Shown: positions 1-8,991, counted from the first letter of the stretch. The stretch is DNA of 64,000 bases from Patescibacteria group bacterium (GCA_023474215.1 JAMCYI010000006.1:65452-129451), one strand, 5' to 3'. Numbers and translations are program-made. Notes: generated from the sequence alone by a model not told the origin.

Positions 1-222
1 CGATTTCCTTTCCATCCGCCTTCGTCTTTTCCCGGATCTTCTTCAATGCTTGTTCTTCGATTTGCCGTACCCGTTCCCGCGTAATGCCTATCTCGTCGCC
101 GATCTCTTGGAGCGTTTCCGTTTTTCCGTTCTTCAAACCGAACCGGCCGACAACAATCCGCCGCTGTTTGGGTGGTAGAGTCAAAAGAATATCGTCAATG
201 ATGGCATTCACGCTTTTCATGA
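1..222 (-). CDS. sigma-70 region-4-like HTH protein, N-terminal part only (gene runs off the window start)
   Basis: Translating the minus strand from the ATG at 222 gives MKSVNAIIDDILLTLPPKQRRIVVGRFGL..TLQEIGDEIGITRERVRQIEEQALKKIREK. The LPP.QR..fyLrfG..lTl.EIg..lgiTrERVRQIE pattern is typical of sigma-70 region 4 / LuxR-type HTH. There is no stop before coordinate 1. The gene is not in the ORF track because it is truncated. Confidence 0.4.
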
Positions 223-266
223 ATTTATCGTAAAATCATTCTACCACAAGGTTAAAAAGTAGTCAA

Positions 267-1175
267 CTAGTCCTTCTTCTGCCACAGATACAGGAGCGGG
301 CTCGCAACAAATATGGAAGAGTAAGTACCGAAAATAGTGCCGATCAGTATCGTAAGGATGAAATAAAAGAGGGATTGCGGGCCGAATACGAGGAGTGCGA
401 TCAAGACCAGCATGAGCGTGAAGGACGTATTCACAGATCTCGCAAATGTTTCGCGGACACTGTAGTCGATGACCTCCGCAAGCGACGTCTTCTTTCCCCG
501 GGCAACCAAGAGATTTTCCCGAATTCGGTCGAAGACGACGATGGTATCGTGAACGGAAAAGCCCATAATGACCAAAAGCGCCACGATGAAATTGGTATCT
601 ATTTCAATGCCCCTGAAAAATCCGAGAAGCGCCAAAAAACCCGCCGGGATCGAAACGTCGTGAACGAGCGTCGCAAGCGTTATCAGTCCATATTTCCACG
701 ACTTGACCGGCTCCGAAACTTTCCGGAAGGCGTACGCGATGTAGAGGGAAATGCCGATCAAAACGAGGATGATGGCGGTCATTGATTTGTGCGCCAGCTC
801 GCTCCCCACCGTGGGGCCGATACTCGAAAAGTTTTCGTCGTTGAAGCTTCCGATCTTCGTCTTTAGAGCGTCGGCGTACTGCTGATGGCTTGCTTCGCTC
901 ATCTCCGGCGTTTCGATGTCGAACTGATTCGGACCGAGGCTCCTCACCGTCAACTCCGAAAGCCCCGCGGACGAAAGCACCGATTGCACCTCGGAAACCG
1001 AAACGTTTCCGCTTGTGAATGCAACTTGCCATTCGGTCCCCCCTGAAAGATCGATTCCCGGCTTCAAGCCGAGGAAAATGACGCACAGCCAACTCGCAAG
1101 GACAATGACCGCCGCGAACGACAAATAGTATTTTCTGTTTTCTACGACGTTCAAAAATTTCATTTTGGTGTTCAT
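267..1175 (-). CDS. secF: protein-export membrane protein SecF
   Basis: 302 aa with multiple TM segments. The SecF-family conserved regions are present (GIDFTGG-like, LHDVxI, FSVHDTIVVFDRIRE). It lies immediately downstream of secD with a 4-nt overlap. Confidence 0.9.
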   Translation of the reverse strand: MNTKMKFLNVVENRKYYLSFAAVIVLASWLCVIFLGLKPGIDLSGGTEWQVAFTSGNVSVSEVQSVLSSAGLSELTVRSLGPNQFDIETPEMSEASHQQYADALKTKIGSFNDENFSSIGPTVGSELAHKSMTAIILVLIGISLYIAYAFRKVSEPVKSWKYGLITLATLVHDVSIPAGFLALLGFFRGIEIDTNFIVALLVIMGFSVHDTIVVFDRIRENLLVARGKKTSLAEVIDYSVRETFARSVNTSFTLMLVLIALLVFGPQSLFYFILTILIGTIFGTYSSIFVASPLLYLWQKKD

Positions 1176-2476
1176 GCCAGTTGCTTCTTTTCGCGGCTTT
1201 CAAAAACCCTGAGGAGCGTTCGCGTGGTGGTTATGGCAGAGAACAAGCTCACGAGGACCCCGATAAAAAGAGACAAAGCGAAGCCCTGCACGAAACTCGA
1301 CGTAAAATAGTAAAGGACTGCCGACGTAATGAGAGTCGACACATTCGAATCCCGAATGGACGTCCATGCCCGCTTGAATCCTTCTTCGACCGCGGAAGCA
1401 TGGCTCAAACCGCGCTGGAGCTCCTCCTTCGTCCGTTCAAAAACCAAAACATTCGCATCGACAGCCATGCCGATGGACAAAATAAATCCAGCGATCCCCG
1501 ACAATGTCATCGTAACCGGCACGATCTTGAAAATGGCGAGCGTGACGCTCACGTAAATAAGAAGCGCTACCGAAGCAAAGATGCCGAGTTTCTTGTAATA
1601 AATAAGCATGAAGACCATGACCGCCAAGGTTCCCACGATGCCTGCCAAGATAGCCGTGTCGAGTGCATTTTTACCGAAATTGGAACTTATCGTTTGCTGA
1701 TTCACGAGCGTGATCGGAGCCGGAAGAGCACCGGCATTGAACCGCTCAACGAGCGTTTGAGCGGTTTGGACCGTGAAGTTTCCCGTTATTTCGGCTTTTC
1801 CGCCGGTTATCGTCTCCTGGACCACCGGCATTTCGATCAACTGATCGTCCAAAAATATCGCAATGGGCTTTCCGACATTCTTTGAGGTCAAATCCTGGAA
1901 CAGCGTTGCGCCTTGCGAATTGAATTCGATGTCCACTTGGGGCTGATTGGTCACCGAATTGAAAGACATTTGAGCTCCGACGACATACCTGCCATTCAAG
2001 CCAGTCGGAATGAATGCGAGATTTTGGCCGGCAAGAGTCGACGTCGAAGAAGTCGAGAGTGCGGCAGTCGATGTAGCCGGAATCTCTTGGACCTCCCGAA
2101 AATCCAAAAACGGCGTTGCGCCGATTTCTTTGATGGCTTGATTGACGTCCTTCACGCCCGCAAGTTCCACAACCAACCGTTCGCTGCTCCCTACGGTCTC
2201 GATGTAAACCTTTGGTTCGGAAACGCCGAAGAGGTTCACCCTCTTTTCAATGACATCGCGAAGGCCGTTCACAACGGACTGTTCGTCCGCCGCCGGAACT
2301 TTCGAGAGATCGATGTTGTACGTCAAAACGCTTCCTCCTGCCAAATCCAGACCGAGGTTCCAGGGCCGGAAGTTCGAGATCGTCCCCCAGAGCGGCTGAT
2401 AATCGAAAATGCCGGCAACGACTGCGATGACCACAATGATGAAAAGCAGCGTTTTTGGTTTCAGTTTCTGAAACAT
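1172..2476 (-). CDS. secD: protein-export membrane protein SecD
   Basis: 434 aa with an N-terminal TM segment, a large periplasmic domain and a C-terminal 6-TM block with SecD signatures (GLDLAGG, AGIAGFILSIGMAVDANVLVFER). Translationally coupled to secF. Confidence 0.9.
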   Translation of the reverse strand: MFQKLKPKTLLFIIVVIAVVAGIFDYQPLWGTISNFRPWNLGLDLAGGSVLTYNIDLSKVPAADEQSVVNGLRDVIEKRVNLFGVSEPKVYIETVGSSERLVVELAGVKDVNQAIKEIGATPFLDFREVQEIPATSTAALSTSSTSTLAGQNLAFIPTGLNGRYVVGAQMSFNSVTNQPQVDIEFNSQGATLFQDLTSKNVGKPIAIFLDDQLIEMPVVQETITGGKAEITGNFTVQTAQTLVERFNAGALPAPITLVNQQTISSNFGKNALDTAILAGIVGTLAVMVFMLIYYKKLGIFASVALLIYVSVTLAIFKIVPVTMTLSGIAGFILSIGMAVDANVLVFERTKEELQRGLSHASAVEEGFKRAWTSIRDSNVSTLITSAVLYYFTSSFVQGFALSLFIGVLVSLFSAITTTRTLLRVFESREKKQLA

Positions 2477-2501
2477 CGGATATAGTTTATAATGAAAGCG
2501 A

Positions 2502-3524
2502 ATGAAAAATCAACTGGTGACCCTCGTACTTTCCGAGGTTCCCAAGGCGGTGAGGGGGAAGGTTTTTAAATCCGAGACGCAAAAAAGCTCTCCGCACTAT
2601 TTCCCCTCGTCCGTTCCCCATTTGGTGACCGTCGGCGAAGAAAAGAAGAAGATCGACGGGAGCGAAGTAACCTTTTCGATCCTCGGCTATATTCCCTACA
2701 TTCTCGTCATTCAAGCATCGATTGAGCTCAAAAACATCTTCGATCGCGAGCAAACGAGCGATTGGGAAAAGAGGTTGTACGAGGAAAGCTACACGATCGT
2801 TAAAAAGTGGGGCGGCAGCGAAGACATGAGCGAAATGTATTCGATCTTCGAGATCTCGGGATACGTCGGCGATCCGGAACAATTCCTCGTCCATGCCTCG
2901 ACGATGGCCTCGCTCCTCAAATCGGAAACCATCAGCCTCGACCCAAAAGAGGTGGAATACACTCTTTCCGCGCAAATCAAATACGCCAAACACGACCTCT
3001 CGATCATCGACTGGGACGGCGCGTTCCTTTTTGACGTCGAAGGCGACTTCGGCTTGGCCGTGGAACTTTTAATGCTCGCCAATCTCCAGCTCCTCCGCCA
3101 TCGCATTCTCGACAAACGGTTGGACAACCAGCTTTTGAATATCCAAGACATCATGAAAAAACTCGGCGAAAAGAAATGGTTCTCCTCAACGAAGGCCGTT
3201 TCCGACGCAGCAAAGGATATCCTCGATCGGCGACTGACATGGATTTCGGCATTCGAGTCGCTCGAACGGGACATCAAGCTCATCGGCGAGTGGTACTCGG
3301 CGCGATTTTACGACCTTGCAAGCCGCAAGCTTAAGTTGAGCGATTGGCGAACGGACGTCAAGGAAAAACTGGACTCGCTCGAGGATATTTATTCCTCCCT
3401 TGTGGAAAATTTCTCGGTTTCAGCAAAAGATCGAGCCGAATGGGTGGAACTCATCGCATGGTTCGTGCTCCAGGTCGGCTGGTTCATCCTCATCATTCTC
3501 GAGTTCCTCTACTTTACGAAGTAA
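2502..3524 (+). CDS. hypothetical protein with a single C-terminal TM helix
   Basis: 340-aa ORF with an acidic soluble body and a C-terminal hydrophobic segment (WVELIAWFVLQVGWFILIILEFLYF). No motif recognised. Confidence 0.45.
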   Translation: MKNQLVTLVLSEVPKAVRGKVFKSETQKSSPHYFPSSVPHLVTVGEEKKKIDGSEVTFSILGYIPYILVIQASIELKNIFDREQTSDWEKRLYEESYTIVKKWGGSEDMSEMYSIFEISGYVGDPEQFLVHASTMASLLKSETISLDPKEVEYTLSAQIKYAKHDLSIIDWDGAFLFDVEGDFGLAVELLMLANLQLLRHRILDKRLDNQLLNIQDIMKKLGEKKWFSSTKAVSDAAKDILDRRLTWISAFESLERDIKLIGEWYSARFYDLASRKLKLSDWRTDVKEKLDSLEDIYSSLVENFSVSAKDRAEWVELIAWFVLQVGWFILIILEFLYFTK

Positions 3525-3612
3525 GCAGATATACTTAGAGATAAATAGAAATAGGTAGATATATAGTAGTTACAATCTATCTCTACCGCATATCTACGTA
3601 TATCCGCTCTAT
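3525..3612. repeat. AT-rich intergenic repeat (TAGATA / TATCCGCT motifs), copy A
   Basis: Convergent intergenic region full of tagata/atagata units. It ends with gtatatccgctctatc, which recurs as gtatccgctttatcc at 4580-4596. Confidence 0.4.
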
Positions 3613-4467
3613 CTAAAAAACCTTCACGAAGCGGAGCGGGTCGACGGAGACGCCGTTCACCTTGATCGAAATATGGAGATGATCGCCGGTCGAAAGTCCC
3701 GTGTCACCCACAAGGCCGATGACCGTCCCCTTCTTCACTTCTTGCCCCACGCTCGCCACGATCTTCGAAAGGTGCAGATACATCGAATAGATCCCCTCGC
3801 CGTGATCGACGACAACCATATTGCCATACGAGACCGTCGATGTCGCAAACCGTACAATGCCTGCTTGCATCGCGCCGACGGCGCTCCCGGCGGGCGATGC
3901 AAAGTCGGTACCAAGATGCCAAAATTCTTGGCTTCCCATCTTCCGCAAAATTCCGTACCAGTCGGTGATGTGCGTGTTATTCAAAAGAGGCAATCCGAAC
4001 GCGCCGGTGATATATGACTGCGGCGTCACGGCATTCAAGATCTTGTCGAGCGTCGCATTTTCGTCATTCAAGCTTTGAACGAGTTCGGTCGGCGTCATGC
4101 CGATTTGCGGCGGAACGGCGAAGGTTTCCACCGTTATTTTTTTCTTTAAAACATCGATCCACTTTACCCTTGTTGCGCCGTCAGCGAACGTAAGCGTTAT
4201 TTTTTGCCAACCGGTTTGCGCCGTGACCTTCAGCCCGATTGCCGCAATGTACCTTCCTCCGTACGGAAAGAAGTTCGCCGTTTCGCCCCCGAGCGTAGCG
4301 GTTTGCGGCGCGCTTGCGCTTCCCGAAACCGTGATCCGTACCGTATCGCCTTGGACAGGATATGCATTGGAAACGGAGATCGAAAGGACCGCAGCAGAAG
4401 AAAAAGAGGCAATAGAAAGGCCAAAAAGAAATGTCAAAGCGATGGTTATCCTCTTCATTACTTTCAT
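3613..4467 (-). CDS. M23 family metallopeptidase (LytM-like), secreted
   Basis: The C-terminal domain has the M23 hallmarks (HxxxD ... GDTGLSTGDHLHISIKVNG). An N-terminal signal peptide (MKVMKRITIALTFLFGLSIASFSSAA) is present. The track ORF starts earlier at 4518 with an unlikely leader, so the start was trimmed to the MKVMKR methionine, which is preceded by TATAAT. Confidence 0.8.
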   Translation of the reverse strand: MKVMKRITIALTFLFGLSIASFSSAAVLSISVSNAYPVQGDTVRITVSGSASAPQTATLGGETANFFPYGGRYIAAIGLKVTAQTGWQKITLTFADGATRVKWIDVLKKKITVETFAVPPQIGMTPTELVQSLNDENATLDKILNAVTPQSYITGAFGLPLLNNTHITDWYGILRKMGSQEFWHLGTDFASPAGSAVGAMQAGIVRFATSTVSYGNMVVVDHGEGIYSMYLHLSKIVASVGQEVKKGTVIGLVGDTGLSTGDHLHISIKVNGVSVDPLRFVKVF

Positions 4468-4492
4468 TATAAAAAACGAATACGGATATGAA

Positions 4493-4600
4493 TAGATAGG
4501 ACGGATACTGACGGACATTCACGGATATGAATAGATATAGTAGAGATACATCGGGAGTATCCGGAGATATCCGTATCTATCCGTAAGTATCCGCTTTATC
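4493..4600. repeat. AT-rich intergenic repeat (CGGATATGAATAGATA x2, TATCCG units), copy B
   Basis: acggatatgaatagata occurs twice in tandem. Several tatccg / cggata units and gatatagtagagatac are present, compared with gatatatagtagttac in copy A. The region lies between the tgt stop and the M23 peptidase start. Confidence 0.4.
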
Positions 4601-5885
4601 CTTTCATTTCCTCAAGATATTCTTCCTTCAATTCTTTCAATGTCCCCTCCATGATCGCTTTTCTGATTTTTGCCATAAGGTCGTTAAAAAACCAAACGTT
4701 GTGGATCGTTGCTAGCCTCCCTGCTTCTTGATCCTTTGCCTTGAAAAGATCATGCAACTCCTTGCGGGAAATCCCCCGCAAGCAGACGGGGCACAAACAA
4801 TCGTTTTCGATCTTTCCTTTATCTTCCGCATACTTTCCTTTTCGAACATCGAAACGACCCCCCTTCGTCCAGAGAGACCCGTGGCGCGCTTCTCTCGTCG
4901 GTATCACGCAATCGAACGTGTCGATCCCCCGTTCGACACCCGCAAAGATATCCTCGATGCGCCCGATGCCCAAGAGATGGCGCGGACGTCCTTCGGGGAG
5001 AAGCGGCGTCACCCAGTCGAGAACATCGAGCATTTCTTCCTTGCCGAACGATCCGCCGATGCCGAAACCATCGAATGCCATCGATCCCACGACCCGCGCA
5101 CTTTCTTTCCGCAGGTCCTCGAACTCACCTCCTTGGACGATACCGTAGAGCGCTTGATCTTCTCGCTTTTTCGCCGCAAGCGATCGCAGGGCCCACCGAT
5201 GCGTCCGCACCATGCTTCCTTTCGTATACTCGTAATCGTTCAAAGGCGACGTACATTCGTCGAACGCGAAGATGATATCGGCACCGAGCTTCTCCTGGAT
5301 GTGCATCGAGATCTCCGGATTCAGGAACCGCTCTTCTCCATCGTAAAAATAGACACCTTCTTCGGTTATCTTTACCAAGTTCCTATCGCTTCTTCCCGAA
5401 TGTACGTTATCTCTCGTCGCCGGTTGTTCTTCGGCTCCAGCGACCGAAGCCAACCTGCGCTCTCGCACCGTCGAATCCGCTTCGCGAATACCAAGCTCGA
5501 CGGTGCTCCGAGAGCTGCCTCGAGACAACATGCTTTCGGGAAACCTCTGCGCTATCTTTCCGATTTTGTGTTCCCGGCCGAAACCAAAACTGAAAACCTG
5601 GAAACCGCCGCTGTCGGTCATGAGCGGCCCTTGCCACTTCATTTTCGCATGGAGCCCTTCGAATACCTCGAGTTTGTCACCCAAACCTTTCCACATATGG
5701 TAGGTGTTCACGATGACGATCTGCGTCTTTGTTTCCGCGACGTCTTCGGAAGAGAGAGTTCGGACGGCAGCATTCGTGCCGACCATGGTATAGGCGGGCG
5801 TTTCGACGATACCGTGCGGCGTTTCAATGACGCCAACCCTCGCGCGGGAATCCTTGTCTTTTTTTACAATCTTGAAGCCGAACAT
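4596..5885 (-). CDS. tgt: queuine tRNA-ribosyltransferase
   Basis: Tgt motifs are present (DSGGFQ, and the zinc site CLCPVC...H near the C-terminus). It is about 55 aa longer than usual because of an R/S-rich insertion after DSGGFQVFSFG. Confidence 0.85.
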   Translation of the reverse strand: MFGFKIVKKDKDSRARVGVIETPHGIVETPAYTMVGTNAAVRTLSSEDVAETKTQIVIVNTYHMWKGLGDKLEVFEGLHAKMKWQGPLMTDSGGFQVFSFGFGREHKIGKIAQRFPESMLSRGSSRSTVELGIREADSTVRERRLASVAGAEEQPATRDNVHSGRSDRNLVKITEEGVYFYDGEERFLNPEISMHIQEKLGADIIFAFDECTSPLNDYEYTKGSMVRTHRWALRSLAAKKREDQALYGIVQGGEFEDLRKESARVVGSMAFDGFGIGGSFGKEEMLDVLDWVTPLLPEGRPRHLLGIGRIEDIFAGVERGIDTFDCVIPTREARHGSLWTKGGRFDVRKGKYAEDKGKIENDCLCPVCLRGISRKELHDLFKAKDQEAGRLATIHNVWFFNDLMAKIRKAIMEGTLKELKEEYLEEMKG

Positions 5886-5896
5886 AAAAAGAGAGG

Positions 5897-6030
5897 GTAA
5901 AAATCCTAATATCTAAATCCTAAATAAATCCCCATGACCAAATTTCCAAATTCAAAACGCGCGTTTTGGTCATTATGATTTTTGATTTTGATATTGTTTA
6001 GGATTTGGTGCTTAGGACTTAGGATTTCAT
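5897..6030. repeat. intergenic repeat element with tandem AAATCCTAA/TTAGGATTT units and an ATGACCAAA...TTTGGTCAT palindrome, copy L
   Basis: aaatcctaa occurs twice, ttaggatttg/cttaggacttaggatttcat follows, and the palindrome atgaccaaa...aaacgcgcgttt...tttggtcat lies between them. The last unit overlaps the stop codon of the FAD oxidase gene. Confidence 0.45.
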
Positions 6031-7665
6031 ATGACGCGCCGCGTATTGGAGCGTATCCCCCACTTTCTTCCCCGGATTGAAGATGCCGTCCGGATCAAAA
6101 ATCTTCTTCGCCTCCATAAAAAGCGAAACGATTTTTTCACCGTACATTTCTTTGAGGTACGGCGTCCGGATGATCCCGTCGTTATGCTCGGCGGTGATGG
6201 AACCGCCGTATTTGAAGATCAGTTGGTAAACCTGTTCCGTCACCTCCGGGATGATCTTCCGCGTTTCCGGATCGTCCATATGCACGAGCGGAATGATGTG
6301 GAAATTCCCGTTCCCCGGGTGGCCGGCGATGGTATAGACCAGTTTGTCCTTGTATTTGTCGAGGATCGCGTTCACTTGCGGCAATATTTCAGGCATATAT
6401 TTCGGCTCGACAATGATGTCGTCGATGAAGGCGGCGGCATCCATTCCCTTCACGTGGCTGTGGATTAAGGCGAAGCTTTGCCGGCGAATGGTCCAGTACT
6501 CTTCTGATTCGGCGTCGCTCTTCACATTCCGGACCAAGAGCTTGTATTTTGTGGCTGCCGCGACGATCTCCTGGGCTTTCCGCTCCAATTCTTTTTCGTC
6601 GTCGGCCGTGACGGAAACAAGAAGGATCATTTTCGGCATTCCTCCGGAGCGAAGGAGCATCCCGATCTCGGGAATGAACTCAAATATAAGCTTGAAGAGG
6701 CTGCCTTTCATGAGCCTCATTAAGGTCGGGAAAAAGCGAATCGCAAGACCCATCGTTTTGTCGTCGTACGATTCGATGCTTTCGGGTTTCAAGGCTAAAA
6801 GGTCGTTCACGAGATCCGGCACGGGATCGAGCGTTTTCGAAAAGATGACGACAAGCCGGGTGTATTTCGGCGCAGGGACCAAGCGGAGGCGGGCCGCCGT
6901 CAAAAGCCCGAAGGTCCCCTGCGACCCCACGATCACTTTCGTGATATCGAAGGTTTTTTTGTCCCACACGTTCCACAAATAGTAGCCGGCGGAGTTTTTA
7001 CTGACCTTCGGCTTCGCAGCTATGATCGTTTCATAGTTGTCGTTGATCAACTGATAAAGTTTTCGGTAAACATCGCCTTCGAAGCCTTGTTCCTTGAGCT
7101 TTGCTTCGAGTTTTTCCCCTGACAAGGGCTCGAGATAATGTTCTTTGCCGTCGGCGAGGACGATATGGAGTCCCTCGACGAAATTTTCCGTCTTGCCGTA
7201 TTGTAAAGTCAGTTCGCCGCCGGAATTGTTATTGACCATGCCCCCGAGGGCGCACAAATCCTTGGATGCCGGATATGCGGGATAAAGCAGATGCTTCGCC
7301 TGAAGTTGTTTCTCGAGGTCGCGGAAATAAACCCCCGGTTCCACGATGACATATTTCTCTTTTTCATTGATTTCCCGAATATGATTGAAGTACTTTGTGA
7401 ACTCCACAATCACCGATTCGTTCAGCGGTCCACCGGACATATCGGTCCCTGCGGAACGGCCGGTCACGGATATTTTTTCGCCTGCCTTCTTTTTCACCTC
7501 CGCGAATTGAACGAGCTTCTCGACATCTTCCTTGTCCTTCGGAAAGACGACGGTTTCCGGCCGTACATTGAAAATGGAATAATCATGGCTGTAATCGGAC
7601 AAGGTTTTCTCGTCCGCTATCACGTCGCCTTGTATGAGTTTTTTCAATTCTTCAGACAGGTTCAT
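6019..7665 (-). CDS. FAD-binding oxidoreductase (FAD-linked oxidase, PCMH-type FAD domain plus C-terminal oxidase domain)
   Basis: 548 aa. An N-terminal FAD-binding PCMH-like block (VTGRSAGTDMSGGPL) is followed by a large FAD-linked-oxidase C-terminal-like region. The precise substrate family cannot be assigned. Confidence 0.65.
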   Translation of the reverse strand: MNLSEELKKLIQGDVIADEKTLSDYSHDYSIFNVRPETVVFPKDKEDVEKLVQFAEVKKKAGEKISVTGRSAGTDMSGGPLNESVIVEFTKYFNHIREINEKEKYVIVEPGVYFRDLEKQLQAKHLLYPAYPASKDLCALGGMVNNNSGGELTLQYGKTENFVEGLHIVLADGKEHYLEPLSGEKLEAKLKEQGFEGDVYRKLYQLINDNYETIIAAKPKVSKNSAGYYLWNVWDKKTFDITKVIVGSQGTFGLLTAARLRLVPAPKYTRLVVIFSKTLDPVPDLVNDLLALKPESIESYDDKTMGLAIRFFPTLMRLMKGSLFKLIFEFIPEIGMLLRSGGMPKMILLVSVTADDEKELERKAQEIVAAATKYKLLVRNVKSDAESEEYWTIRRQSFALIHSHVKGMDAAAFIDDIIVEPKYMPEILPQVNAILDKYKDKLVYTIAGHPGNGNFHIIPLVHMDDPETRKIIPEVTEQVYQLIFKYGGSITAEHNDGIIRTPYLKEMYGEKIVSLFMEAKKIFDPDGIFNPGKKVGDTLQYAARHMKS

Positions 7666-7673
7666 ATAAATAA

Positions 7674-7772
7674 AATTCTAAATCTTAAACAATGACCGAA
7701 ATATACGTTTTGAATTTTGAGTTTGGACATTGGAATTTATTTAGAATTTAGGATTTCGAAATTAGGATTTCA
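7674..7772. repeat. intergenic repeat element with TTAGGATTT units, copy R
   Basis: aattctaaatcttaaa, aatgaccgaaa...tttggacatt and tttagaatttaggatttcgaaattaggatttcaag are present. The terminal ttaggatttca overlaps the stop of the bcp gene. The unit order is related to copy L. Confidence 0.45.
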
Positions 7773-8247
7773 AGACCTTCAGGTCCTTGATGACTTCCTC
7801 GGCGTGGATTTCCGGCTTCACATCCTCGTAGATCTTCGCGATCTTCCCCTGCGGATCGATCAAAAACGACGTACGAAGCGTTCCTTCATACTCGCGCCCC
7901 ATAAATTTCTTCTTTCCCCATACGCCGTACTTTCTCACCACTTCTTTCTTTTCATCCGCGAGGAGCGTGAAGGGCAACTGGTATTTTTCAGCAAACTTTC
8001 CGTGGCTCCTCACCGAATCGACGCTCACGCCGAGCACGTTCGCCTTGAGTTTTTTGAAGTCCGGAAAATAATCGCGGATTATGCATGCTTCTTTTGTGCA
8101 TCCCGGCGTATCGTCCTTCGGATAAAAGTACAAAAGAACCCATCCTCCGGCGTATGCGGAAAGCGAATGGAGCTTCCCTTTTTGATCCAAGAGCTCGAAA
8201 TCGGGGGCTTGTTCCCCTACCTGCGGTTTATTGTTCTTTTTCTTCAT
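7762..8247 (-). CDS. bcp: peroxiredoxin, Bcp type (thiol peroxidase)
   Basis: The Bcp pattern APDFELLDQKGK..LYFYPKDDTPGCTKEAC with its peroxidatic Cys is present. The track ORF reaches 8358, but the likely start is the MKKKNNKPQV methionine. Confidence 0.8.
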   Translation of the reverse strand: MKKKNNKPQVGEQAPDFELLDQKGKLHSLSAYAGGWVLLYFYPKDDTPGCTKEACIIRDYFPDFKKLKANVLGVSVDSVRSHGKFAEKYQLPFTLLADEKKEVVRKYGVWGKKKFMGREYEGTLRTSFLIDPQGKIAKIYEDVKPEIHAEEVIKDLKVLKS

Positions 8248-8744
8248 GGTTGTAAAATATCTTCGCTCCGACCGTTGATCGACAGAACGACGTTCTGAAC
8301 CGTCGGGAACTGCCGCAAGGTTTCGACGATTTGCCACCTCGTCATGGCAACCCGGCATGAACCGCCGATGCCCGCTTCGAGAGATTCATCGAAATCGGCA
8401 TACGCCGTCCCGCTTGCGATCCGGAGGCTTTTGAGCGCAACGCCCGAATTGATGTTCGTAAAGTATCCCGCTGCCCGCTCTTCATCAGTGGGCCCCTGAA
8501 GCAGTTCGTTCACCGCCGCTTGTCCCACGGCTTGAGTTTTCGGGACCGTGCGCACAACCGGGAATACCTCTTTGCAGGATACGTTCGGATCGAGATTACT
8601 GTTACCGAAAAACACTTTTACGACGGAGGTTTCCTTCATTGAGTCGGCGTCATCGGAAACGATATCGGCTGGCAAATTTGAAACCGCGACCGCGAGGGCA
8701 ACTGCCGCAAGTCCTGCCGCTCCGTACCAAACTTCCCTACGCAT
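8244..8744 (-). CDS. GerMN (Gmad2-like) domain lipoprotein/secreted protein
   Basis: Signal peptide followed by a single domain matching the GerMN pattern (VKVFFGNSNLDP..C..VFPVVRTV...AVNELLQGPT.EE..GYFT.I..G..L.SL.I..GTAYADF). The call rests on the pattern only. Confidence 0.5.
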   Translation of the reverse strand: MRREVWYGAAGLAAVALAVAVSNLPADIVSDDADSMKETSVVKVFFGNSNLDPNVSCKEVFPVVRTVPKTQAVGQAAVNELLQGPTDEERAAGYFTNINSGVALKSLRIASGTAYADFDESLEAGIGGSCRVAMTRWQIVETLRQFPTVQNVVLSINGRSEDILQP

Positions 8745-8991
8745 CCGCCTTCTTTTCTTCGGTTTTGAGGAGTCCCTGCCGTTTCATGGCCGGCCGGGAG
8801 AAGATGAAGATATAGAGAATTTCGAGGATGCCGATCGTATTCAAAACGAGGAGCACGATAAACCACCACTTTTGGGAAAGTTTTGCCGCGCGCCACAGCG
8901 CAACGCCTTTCCACGGAAGCACCCAAATAATAAGAGCGAGAACGATCCATCCGTTCGTCAAGCCTGCCGTGATATTTACCATGCTTCCATT
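8737..8991 (-). CDS. small two-TM membrane protein (DUF5652-like)
   Basis: Only the C-terminal ~85 aa of the 224-aa track ORF look protein-like (MVNITAGLTNGWIVLALIIWVLPWKGVALWRAAKLSQKWWFIVLLVLNTIGILEILYIF). The N-terminal part is low-complexity antisense to the neighbouring gene. TATAAT lies directly upstream of the internal ATG. Confidence 0.4.
   Translation of the reverse strand, partial: NGSMVNITAGLTNGWIVLALIIWVLPWKGVALWRAAKLSQKWWFIVLLVLNTIGILEILYIFIFSRPAMKRQGLLKTEEKKADA

Noticed and set aside
8248-8358. Long N-terminal extension of the Bcp ORF (MPGCHDEVANRR...)
   Set aside because: The extension overlaps the GerMN gene in another frame and has no peroxiredoxin homology. The internal MKKKNN start gives a canonical Bcp length.
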